This document shows positions 55,857 to 64,000 of a stretch of 64,000 nucleotides of DNA, piece after piece. This stretch comes from Chthoniobacterales bacterium (GTDB lineage Bacteria > Verrucomicrobiota > Verrucomicrobiia > Chthoniobacterales > Chthoniobacteraceae). The number at the start of each line of letters is the position of its first letter. Position 1 is the first letter of the stretch. Below the pieces are notes generated by a model, which was not told the DNA's origin, did not search any database, and worked only from the letters and a program-made list of their open reading frames with translations. A program made the position numbers and the translations under genes. Location of the stretch: assembly GCA_038207335.1 (NCBI GenBank), contig JBBQZX010000002.1, positions 1 to 64,000 of the forward strand, in the 5' to 3' direction.

Positions 55857-56129
55857 GGATTTAAGCAGGCGGCTGGGTTGGTTGTTCTGTTTCTGGCGGG
55901 GGGGAATGCACTCCGCGGGATGCGGGGGCACGGGGTTGGGCGGGCGCAGAGTCGGTAGGGCATGGAGCCATGTCAACGACTTTTTTCAGACCCTTTGAAA
56001 CTAAATTTCAGGCCTTTGTCCCATGCCCAAAATCGCTTCATTTCGCGAGCTCCCCCGGCGCATCAGCACACGAGAGATTCACGATTCCACAATTGCCAGC
56101 GCGCCGTTCGGCGATAGCTTTCGCGGCCC

Positions 56130-57947
56130 GTGGGAGTTTTCACCGCTATTTTGCTCGCCGCAGCGTTGCTGCTGATCGAAGGACTCGCTGGTGGGACGCG
56201 CCTGATTTTCAGCCTCCCAACGCTCGCGCTGCTCGGCCTTCTGGCATTGCTCGCGCCCCTTCTCCGGCGACGGATCGAGGTCGCGCCGCGCCCCACATGC
56301 CTCGCAGCGACGGCCCTATTCATCGGATACGCGCTTGCCCGCGCCGCAGGCTCATCGGGCGTCTTTCTAGGGTGGGCAGATGGGTTCACGATGCTCGGCT
56401 GCATCGCAGTTTATTTGCTCACGGTTTTTTGCATCCCGGATTCGCGAGATCGGCGTGTCGTGCTCACGGCGCTTTCCCTCCTCGCGCTGGGCGAGATTTT
56501 CCTCGGCCTTCGCCAATACGCGACGGGCGAAACGTGGCTGCCGTTCGGCATGTCGCGTCCGCTCCTTGATACGAAAAGAGCCGCCGGCACACTCATCAAT
56601 GCAAACCACTACGCGGGAATGCTTGAGATGCTCGGCGCGCTCGCGGTGAGCTTCGCGGCGTGGGGCTCGTGGAGCGGCTGGAAGCGCGCGTTTGCGGGCT
56701 ACACGGGGCTTCTCTGCTACGTCGGGATCGTCATTTCGGGGAGTCGCGGCGGCTGGGCGAGCGCGGTATTTTCGCTAGCGATATTTTCGCTGCTGAGCCT
56801 TTACGTGCAGCGCCAGACGCGTCCGAGAAAATTCCCGCTCGGCGTCGCGTTCTCGATTTTTCTCGGCATCGCCGCGCTCGGCGGCGGAGTGAAGCTCATG
56901 CTGAAAAACCCCGCGCTCGAAAATCGCATCGGCAGCCTCGGCGCGCAGTTCGAGGGGAAATATGACATCCGCATTTACAATTGGCAGGCGGCGCTGGACC
57001 AGTTCCACCTCGCGCCGCTCATCGGCACGGGCCCGGGGACTCATCTCTATTACGGACGCCAGTTCCGCCGAGTCGAAGTCCAGTCCGACCCGATCCACGC
57101 GCACAGCGACTACCTCGAGTTGCTCGCCGAATACGGCATCCTCGGCGCCGCCGCTGCCGCGCTTTTTATAATGGCGCACCTCATCGGCGGCTGGCGCGCC
57201 TGCCGCTGGCTCGTGCAAAAGGAACTCCACGACACGCACGAAGCCGTCCGCGTCTGCCACGACGGCCTCGCCCTGCAAATCGGCGCTCTCTCCGGCCTCG
57301 CCGCGCTCCTCGTCCACTCCGCCGTCGATTTCAATCTCCACATCCCCGGCAACGCCCTCCTCGCCGCATTCCTTTGCGGCCTACTCGCATCGCCCGACGC
57401 GCCGCCGCTCGCGGACGCCACGCGCCGTCGCATCGCATGGCTGCGCTGGCTCACGCCCATCGCGGGCTCCGTGCTGATCTTCGTCACGGTCACGCACTGG
57501 CGCGGTGCATTTTTTGGAGAAAAAGCGCGCATCTCACTGCGAGAGGATCAGCTCGGAGACGCGATCAATTTTTCTGAAATAGCAATCGCCGCCGAGAAGC
57601 AGAATCCCGAACTCTACTTCGTGCGCGGCCTCGCTCTCCGCGTAACCGCTCTTCGCTCGACATTCAGCGCCGACCGCGAGCGCCTGCTCACGAGCGCCCT
57701 CGCCGATTTCCGCGAGACGCTCCGCCTTTTTCCGCAGGATGAAAATGCCATGATCCGAATGGCCCAGACGCTTGCTGAACTCCGCCGTTTCCAGGAAGCC
57801 GACGCCGCCTTCCAATCAGCCATCCAGCTTGATCCGCGGCTCTACCGCCTCCGCATCGAATACGCCAATTACCTCCGTCGCATCGGCCGCGAAGCCCGCG
57901 CCGATGACGTCGTAAACAGCTTCCCCGCCCTCCCAGCCGCGAACTGA
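56130..57947 (+). CDS. Second O-antigen ligase/O-OTase-like protein with TPRs
   Basis: RAAGT..NANHYAG, SGSRGG, HAHSDYLELLAEYG, HSAVDFNLHIPGN; paralog of 50964-53000. Confidence 0.88.
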   Translation: MGVFTAILLAAALLLIEGLAGGTRLIFSLPTLALLGLLALLAPLLRRRIEVAPRPTCLAATALFIGYALARAAGSSGVFLGWADGFTMLGCIAVYLLTVFCIPDSRDRRVVLTALSLLALGEIFLGLRQYATGETWLPFGMSRPLLDTKRAAGTLINANHYAGMLEMLGALAVSFAAWGSWSGWKRAFAGYTGLLCYVGIVISGSRGGWASAVFSLAIFSLLSLYVQRQTRPRKFPLGVAFSIFLGIAALGGGVKLMLKNPALENRIGSLGAQFEGKYDIRIYNWQAALDQFHLAPLIGTGPGTHLYYGRQFRRVEVQSDPIHAHSDYLELLAEYGILGAAAAALFIMAHLIGGWRACRWLVQKELHDTHEAVRVCHDGLALQIGALSGLAALLVHSAVDFNLHIPGNALLAAFLCGLLASPDAPPLADATRRRIAWLRWLTPIAGSVLIFVTVTHWRGAFFGEKARISLREDQLGDAINFSEIAIAAEKQNPELYFVRGLALRVTALRSTFSADRERLLTSALADFRETLRLFPQDENAMIRMAQTLAELRRFQEADAAFQSAIQLDPRLYRLRIEYANYLRRIGREARADDVVNSFPALPAAN

Positions 57948-57998
57948 ATCCGCGCTTTCTAATATGACGGGACGTTGAAAGTTGTCTCCACGCGCCCC

Positions 57999-59387
57999 AT
58001 GCCCAGCCACGCCTGCTCCAGCTTTCACTCGACCGCGCTCTCGCGCCGGCATGCGATCAAAGTCGGCGGGCTCGGGATGCTCGGCCTTACACTGCCGGGT
58101 TTGCTGCGCGCGCAGGAGCTCGCGAAAATCAAGGCTCGCGCGAAGTCCGTCATCTTCCTCTTCCAATGGGGCGGCCCATCGCACGTCGATATGTTCGACA
58201 TGAAGCCCGACGCGCCCGAGGGCATCCGCGGCCCGCACAAACCCATCTCCAGCAAAGCCGACGGCATCCAGGTTTCCGAGCATCTGCCGCGCACTGCGGG
58301 CGTCATGGACCGGGTCACGCTCATCCGCTCGATGCATCACTCGATGAAGAATCACAACTCGGCCGGCTACTACGCGCTGACCGGGCACGCGCCGCTGACC
58401 GACGATCAGCGGCTGCGCGATTCGCTCGATCTTTTCCCCGGATACGCCTCCGTCGTGGACCAGCTCGCACCCTCCGGCGGCGTCATGCCGACCGGCGTTT
58501 CGTATCCGCACGTCATCAGCGACGGCTCCGTCACGCCGGGACAGCACGCGAGCTTTCTGGGAAAATCGCACGACCCTCTGCTCGTCGTTCAGGACCCGAA
58601 TTCGCCGAGCTTCGCGCTTCCCGAGCTGAGCCTGCCGGAAGACATCCCATTCGAGCGAATGCAAGCGCGGCGCGAACTCCAGCAGCTCGTCGATGCGCAG
58701 GCGCGCATGATGGATTTCTCCGCCGCTGCGCGTGGAATGGATGGCTACTACGACAAGGCGATCGCGATGCTTCAGTCGCCGAAATTGCGCGAGGCCTTCA
58801 ACATTTCCGCGGAGCCGGAAAAGATGCGTGAGGCTTACGGGCGCTCGACTTACGGGCAGAGCTGCCTGCTCGCGCGGCGGCTTGTCGAGGCCGGGACGAA
58901 GTTCGTCACCGTCTACTTTTCCGACACCATCGGCGGGCAGAAAACCGACGGCGGCGGCTGGGACACGCACGGCTTCAACAACACGCGGATGTTCCCGATC
59001 ATCGAGAAATATCATCTCCCGCAAACCGAGCAGACACTGCCGACGCTGCTCACCGAGCTCGACGAACGCGGCCTCCTCGACACCACGCTCGTCGTCTGGG
59101 CCGGGGAATTCGGACGCACCCCGAACATCAACAAAAACGCGAGCCGCGACCACTGGCCGCAGTGCTACACCACGCTCCTCGCCGGCGCCGGAGTGAAGCG
59201 CGGATACGTCCACGGTGCGTCCGACAAAACCGGCTCCTACCCGAGCGAAAATCCCGTGCGCCCCGACGACCTCGCCGCCACGATTTTTCACTCCCTCGGC
59301 ATCGACCCGCACAGCGAATTGAAGATGGCCTCCGGCCGCCCCGTCCTCGCTGCGGATGGAAAAGCGGTGAGCGGAATCTTCGCGTAA
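57999..59387 (+). CDS. DUF1501 family protein with Tat-like signal
   Basis: LSRR..IKVG, KSVIFLF.WGGPSH.D.FD.KP, ARRLVEAG, WDTH, GEFGRTP, RDHWP. Confidence 0.93.
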   Translation: MPSHACSSFHSTALSRRHAIKVGGLGMLGLTLPGLLRAQELAKIKARAKSVIFLFQWGGPSHVDMFDMKPDAPEGIRGPHKPISSKADGIQVSEHLPRTAGVMDRVTLIRSMHHSMKNHNSAGYYALTGHAPLTDDQRLRDSLDLFPGYASVVDQLAPSGGVMPTGVSYPHVISDGSVTPGQHASFLGKSHDPLLVVQDPNSPSFALPELSLPEDIPFERMQARRELQQLVDAQARMMDFSAAARGMDGYYDKAIAMLQSPKLREAFNISAEPEKMREAYGRSTYGQSCLLARRLVEAGTKFVTVYFSDTIGGQKTDGGGWDTHGFNNTRMFPIIEKYHLPQTEQTLPTLLTELDERGLLDTTLVVWAGEFGRTPNINKNASRDHWPQCYTTLLAGAGVKRGYVHGASDKTGSYPSENPVRPDDLAATIFHSLGIDPHSELKMASGRPVLAADGKAVSGIFA

Positions 59388-59465
59388 CCAGCGCCCGAGT
59401 TCCGGGTCTCACAGCCCACTCCAAATCCGGTCGCTCACTCGGCGACCGACTGGTTAATTCAGCCC

Positions 59466-59663
59466 ATGAAATGGGAATACTACACACTCTCGATCCCCGC
59501 CACCGGCTTCTTTGTCGGCGGCAAAGTGGACTTGAACAAACTCACCGAGAACCTCAACCAGCTCGGCCATGCGGGATGGGAACTCGTCTCCGTTTTCGAC
59601 ACTGCGATGGCGCAAGGAATGACGCGCGATGTGATCGCCGTCATGAAACGTCCGCTCGTGTAA
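59466..59663 (+). CDS. DUF4177 family small protein
   Basis: MKWEY...LNQLG..GWELVS...KRP. Confidence 0.88.
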   Translation: MKWEYYTLSIPATGFFVGGKVDLNKLTENLNQLGHAGWELVSVFDTAMAQGMTRDVIAVMKRPLV

Positions 59664-59756
59664 ATCCGCACGGGCTGGCATCGCGCTGAACCGTAGCGCA
59701 CCGTCAAAACTTCTCCTCCCATTCCAGCGCCGCCTCGCTAGACTCCCCGCCCTTTT

Positions 59757-61580
59757 ATGTTCCGCACCACCACCTGCAACAGCCTGCGCGCTGCACACAT
59801 CGGCCAGACCGTCACGCTCGCGGGTTGGGTCAATTCACGTCGCGACCACGGCGGCGTCATCTTCATCGACCTCCGCGACCGCGATGGCCTCACGCAGGTC
59901 GTCTTCCGTCCCGAGGAAAATGCCGCCGTCGCCGAGGCCTCGCACACCCTCCGCGGCGAGGACGTCATCACGCTCACCGGCACCGTAGCCGCGCGCCTCC
60001 CCGGGAGCGAGAACGCGCGCCTTGCCACCGGCGAAATCGAAGTCGTCGCCACCTCCCTCACCGTCCTGAACAAAGCCGACGTTCCGCCCTTTCCCATCGA
60101 CACCGACGCGGGCAACGAAGACCTCCGCCTCAGCCACCGTTACCTCGACCTGCGCCGCCCCATGATGGCGCGCAATCTCAAGCTGCGGCACCGCGTCACC
60201 AAGACCATCCGCGACTACCTCGACGACGCTGGCTACTTGGAAATCGAGACGCCCATCTTGTCGAAATCCACGCCCGAAGGCGCGCGCGACTTCCTGGTAC
60301 CGTCGCGCCTCACGCCCGGCAGCTTTTACGCGCTCCCGCAGGCCCCGCAGCAGTACAAGCAACTGCTCATGGTGGCGGGCATGGACAAATATTTCCAAGT
60401 CGCCAAATGCTTCCGCGACGAAGACCTGCGCGCCGACCGGCAGCCGGAATTCACGCAGATCGACTTGGAGGCCTCGTTCATCGAGCAGGAAGATATTTTC
60501 ACCCTCCTCGAAGGCCTTCTCGCACGCGTCTTCAAAGTCGCGAAAGACATCGACATCTCCCTCCCCTTCCCGCGCCTCACCTATGCCGACGCGCTCAACC
60601 GCTTCGGCAGCGACAAGCCCGACACCCGCTTCGGCATGGAACTCGTCGCGATCGACGACGTCTTCGCCACCAGCCAGTTCAAAGTCTTTCGCGGCGCGCT
60701 CGACGCGGGCGGCTGCGTGAAGGCGATCAACGCCAAAGGATTCGCCAGCATCACCACCGGCCAGATCGAGGAGCTGACCACGATGGCAAAGCTTTTCGGC
60801 GCGAAAGGCCTCGCCTTCATCAAGATCGAAAACGGCGAGTGGAAATCGCCCATCGTCAAATTCTTCACCGACGCCGAACGCGCTGCGCTGAATGAAAAAA
60901 TGCAACTCGAAGAAGGCGACCTCCTGCTTTTCGGCGCGGACAAATGGGACATCGTCTGCGAAGTCCTCGGCCGCATCCGGCTGCGCGTCATGGAAATCCA
61001 GCGCGGCCAAAAGCGCGCAGGGCGCATGTTGCCCGGCGAGACGCTCCAGCCGCACCAGCACGACGACTTCGACGACAAACTGAACTTCCTCTGGGTCACC
61101 GATTTCCCACTCCTCGCGTTCAGTTCCGAGGACAACAAATGGAACGCCGTGCATCATCCCTTCACCCGCCCGCACGTCGACGACCTCGCGCTGCTCGAGG
61201 CCGGTGATTTTGCAAAAGTCCGCGCCGAGGCCTACGACGTCGTCCTGAATGGCGTCGAGATCGGCGGCGGCTCCATCCGAATCCACGAGCCCGCGTTGCA
61301 GTCGAAGATGTTCGACGTGCTCGGAGTCACCGGCGAGCAGCAGCAGGTCATGTTCGGGCATTTGCTGAAGGCGTTCAGCTTCGGCGCGCCGCCGCACGGC
61401 GGACTCGCGCTCGGGCTCGACCGCCTCATCATGCTCCTCTGCTCCGCCGAGAGCATCCGCGACGTCATCGCCTTTCCAAAAAACAACCGCGGCGTGGACC
61501 TGATGAGCACCTCCCCAAGCGAGGTCGATTTCAAGCAACTCCGCGAACTCTACATCCAAAGCACCGCGAAGAAGAGCTGA
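59757..61580 (+). CDS. aspS: Aspartate--tRNA ligase (likely non-discriminating Asp/Asn)
   Basis: [40 protein letters not shown]. Confidence 0.98.
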   Translation: MFRTTTCNSLRAAHIGQTVTLAGWVNSRRDHGGVIFIDLRDRDGLTQVVFRPEENAAVAEASHTLRGEDVITLTGTVAARLPGSENARLATGEIEVVATSLTVLNKADVPPFPIDTDAGNEDLRLSHRYLDLRRPMMARNLKLRHRVTKTIRDYLDDAGYLEIETPILSKSTPEGARDFLVPSRLTPGSFYALPQAPQQYKQLLMVAGMDKYFQVAKCFRDEDLRADRQPEFTQIDLEASFIEQEDIFTLLEGLLARVFKVAKDIDISLPFPRLTYADALNRFGSDKPDTRFGMELVAIDDVFATSQFKVFRGALDAGGCVKAINAKGFASITTGQIEELTTMAKLFGAKGLAFIKIENGEWKSPIVKFFTDAERAALNEKMQLEEGDLLLFGADKWDIVCEVLGRIRLRVMEIQRGQKRAGRMLPGETLQPHQHDDFDDKLNFLWVTDFPLLAFSSEDNKWNAVHHPFTRPHVDDLALLEAGDFAKVRAEAYDVVLNGVEIGGGSIRIHEPALQSKMFDVLGVTGEQQQVMFGHLLKAFSFGAPPHGGLALGLDRLIMLLCSAESIRDVIAFPKNNRGVDLMSTSPSEVDFKQLRELYIQSTAKKS

Positions 61581-61642
61581 GCGGCAGGATCAGTCGAATT
61601 GAGACAACCGGCTCAAACGCCGCCACCGATTTCACCAACACT

Positions 61643-62014
61643 ATGATCGATCCCAACCTCGACCCGAACCTCCAACCCGAAGCCAACGACCTCCCTCATC
61701 GCGCGCAAGATGCGTGGTCTGACGCCTCCAATCGCGCAGAGCACGCCATGGAAGATGGCGTCCGGTATGCCCGCGAAAATCCGATCGTCGCGGTCGTTGG
61801 TGCCATTATCGCCGGCATCGTCATCGCGCTCCTCGTCTCGTCGCGCCGCGAGCCCACGGTCCGCGAGCGCTACATCGACGGGCCGCTCGATGACATCCAC
61901 GACCACCTCTCAAACCTCCGCGAGCAAGTTGGCGAAAAAGCCGACAAGCACTTTCACAAAACCGTTTCCGCCATCGAGCGCGCCATCAAACAAGCCCGCA
62001 AGGCGCTCTCGTAA
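61643..62014 (+). CDS. ElaB/YqjD (DUF883)-like membrane-anchored protein
   Basis: YARENP..AV.GA..AG..I..L motif. Confidence 0.6.
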   Translation: MIDPNLDPNLQPEANDLPHRAQDAWSDASNRAEHAMEDGVRYARENPIVAVVGAIIAGIVIALLVSSRREPTVRERYIDGPLDDIHDHLSNLREQVGEKADKHFHKTVSAIERAIKQARKALS

Positions 62015-62066
62015 CTTTGTAACCGGGATCGACTCCCGGTCGCGACCGATTAGCAGCCCAACGAAT

Positions 62067-63329
62067 TTAGCGGGATTCGATCCGATAAAGGTGCGTTTTT
62101 GACCTCAGGAAAAGCGACTTCCCTGACACTGCCGGCGATGACATGAACCCGCCGTCGAGCTTGTTCTCCGCGATCAACTTGAATTCCCGCGCTGGAGCCA
62201 GCGCAGCAATTTTCCCCTCCTCGCTGCTCACATAGATTCGTCCATCCGCCATGAGTGGTGCTGCGGAATAATTTCCCTGCACTCGCTCCGACCACATCAC
62301 CTTGCCGGTCTTCGCCTCCACGCACGTCGCGATGCCGCCGTCGTTGATCATGTAAAGCAACGCACCGTCGAGGATGAGAGACGGCTTGTTCGGCGCACCT
62401 TTCTTCAAACGCCACGCCACCGGCTCAGTCACTGAGATTTGTCCATCAGCCGCGATCGGAATTGCGAGCACCTCGCCTTGCGAAAACCCGCACGAAATGA
62501 AGATCATCCCGTCGCCGAAAACCGGCCGCGTCGCCGCGCTGTGATGATTCGGATCATCCACGCGCCACAATTCCTTTCCCGTCGCGGGATCGTAGCCGTA
62601 GTGAGCCTTCGCACCGCTGCTGAGTAAAATCTGACGCCCTCCGACATTGATCACATGCGGCGTCGAAAACGCCTTTCTATAATCCCCTTCGCCACTGGGC
62701 TTTCCCTCCTTGTCGAAGTCCGCGTAATCCACAGAGCGGTCCGTTTTCCAAACCGTCTTCCCGGTCTTCTTGTCGAGCGCGACGATGAACTGAAAATCGC
62801 TCCCGTCGAAATTCATGATGAGCAAATCGCCCCAAACGATCGGTGAGGATCCCGCGCCGCGGTAGTGATTGCACACGAAGTCCGTGCGCTGCCACAGCAC
62901 CTTGCCCGTCTTCGTGTCGACGCACGCCGTGCCCGGAGAGCCGAAAGTCACATAAATCCGCCCCTCCTCGATCACAGGCGTCGGCGACGCATAGCTGTTG
63001 AATTTGTGGCAGAACTGCGGACTCGAGACGTGGAACAAAGTGTCGTCGCGCAGCACCTTGCCCGACTCTTTGTCGATGCCCATCACCGACAGTTCCGTCC
63101 CGTCCTCCGTCGCTGTGGTGAGCCAAATCTGTGAGCCCCAAATAACCGGCGAAGACCACCCTTTTCCATGAATCGCCGTCTTCCACTTCACATTCTCCGT
63201 CTCGCTGAACTGAGCCGGCAAGCCTGTCGCATCGGAATGCCCGTCGCCATCCGGCCCTCGAAATTGCGGCCAGTTTTCGGATGCGGCTGCGGTGAAGGCG
63301 AAAAGGACAAGAGAGAGAAAGAAACGCAT
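62067..63329 (-). CDS. PQQ-binding-like beta-propeller protein (PVC expanded family)
   Basis: NWPQFRGP.G.G, SSPVI, ASPTP, TGK..W repeats. Confidence 0.9.
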   Translation of the reverse strand: MRFFLSLVLFAFTAAASENWPQFRGPDGDGHSDATGLPAQFSETENVKWKTAIHGKGWSSPVIWGSQIWLTTATEDGTELSVMGIDKESGKVLRDDTLFHVSSPQFCHKFNSYASPTPVIEEGRIYVTFGSPGTACVDTKTGKVLWQRTDFVCNHYRGAGSSPIVWGDLLIMNFDGSDFQFIVALDKKTGKTVWKTDRSVDYADFDKEGKPSGEGDYRKAFSTPHVINVGGRQILLSSGAKAHYGYDPATGKELWRVDDPNHHSAATRPVFGDGMIFISCGFSQGEVLAIPIAADGQISVTEPVAWRLKKGAPNKPSLILDGALLYMINDGGIATCVEAKTGKVMWSERVQGNYSAAPLMADGRIYVSSEEGKIAALAPAREFKLIAENKLDGGFMSSPAVSGKSLFLRSKTHLYRIESR

Positions 63330-63385
63330 GGGATGGAGGGATTGTGTTTTGAAAAGATCGGGATTGCGGCGGGAAAATTAGACGA

Positions 63386-64000
63386 TCAATCGCCGCGCGT
63401 CGCAATGAGTCTCACGACTTCACCCGCGGCCGCGAAACCAAATGCGCCCGTCACAAACGTCGCCGTCCCGAACCCGCTCGAGCAGTCCAGCGACGAGTCG
63501 CTGCCGGGCTCGGGCGTGAGGCACGCGCTGCCATCCGACCAAGGATACACGGGCTTCTCCGGCGAATAGACGCATCGCACGCCGAACTCATTCCCATTCC
63601 CGCGTGGAAAATTACACTCGCGCCGCAGTTTCCGTCGCACCTGCCGCAATAGCTCGTCTTGGGTCGCATCCGCGAGATCGACCACCCTCACCGCACTCGC
63701 CTCGCGCCGCCCGCCCGCCCCGCCAACCGTAAGCACTGGAAGCCCGCAGGCTCTTGCTTTCACGATGATGAGACACTTGTGCGAAAGCTTGTCGATCGCA
63801 TCGACGACAAAATCGAACGCCGGTTCCAGCAGCTGATCCGCCGTTGCCGCCGTGAAAAATTGCGTTACCGCATTCACACGGCACGCCGGATTGATGAGCG
63901 CCACGCGCTCAGCGAGCACTGTCACTTTCGTCCGACCGATTTGCCCGTCGAGCGCGGGCAGTTGCCGGTTCACATTCGTCAGGCACACATCGTCGAGATC
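63386..64000 (-). CDS. tcdA: tRNA threonylcarbamoyladenosine dehydratase (ThiF family), 5' end outside the window
   Basis: DLDDVCLTNVNRQ, VVDAID, GGAGG, DL..T..D.L...VR..LR, VYSPE, G....VTGAFG. Confidence 0.9.
   Translation of the reverse strand, partial: DLDDVCLTNVNRQLPALDGQIGRTKVTVLAERVALINPACRVNAVTQFFTAATADQLLEPAFDFVVDAIDKLSHKCLIIVKARACGLPVLTVGGAGGRREASAVRVVDLADATQDELLRQVRRKLRRECNFPRGNGNEFGVRCVYSPEKPVYPWSDGSACLTPEPGSDSSLDCSSGFGTATFVTGAFGFAAAGEVVRLIATRGD

Noticed and set aside
55948..55976. TTGACA promoter for the Ala-rich gene
   Set aside because: Perfect -35 but the -10 at 17 nt (GACTCT) is too weak to call.

Overview
GC-rich bacterial DNA whose gene content (PVC-type CxxCH heme protein, DUF1501, DUF4838 proteins, Gld-like ABC cassette) points to Verrucomicrobiota, probably Spartobacteria/Chthoniobacter-like (inference). 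It has two parts. (1) About 1-18.3 kb is an accessory mosaic. It holds a DUF4838 gene, a BlaI/BlaR1(M56) pair with an unusual repeat sensor and a frameshift, and a decaying siphophage-like tail module that keeps a textbook -1 slippery site in its tail-chaperone gene. It also holds a 5'-truncated sugar-dehydrogenase/cytochrome c gene and a ~5.2 kb integrase-free island bracketed by diverged duplicated target sequence. The island carries a tight three-gene operon: m4C-type DNA methyltransferase, Ser/Thr kinase fused to a STAND/ORC-like P-loop ATPase (split by a -1 frameshift in an A6 run), and a tandem Rossmann/CARF-like protein. This is the best candidate for an undescribed defence system. (2) About 18.3-64 kb is intact core-like DNA: SprT, lpxD-skp-bamA, rodA, peptide ABC ATPase, topoisomerase IB stress cluster, htrA plus Gld-like ABC genes, an SGNH + PVC heme protein carrying an in-frame REP-like insertion, two CNNM/CBS genes, a glycan locus around a large Ala-rich surface protein flanked by two O-antigen-ligase/TPR genes, DUF1501, aspS, a PQQ-like propeller and tcdA. 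I found no rRNA, tRNA or CRISPR array. All family assignments come from motif recognition by eye, not database searches.
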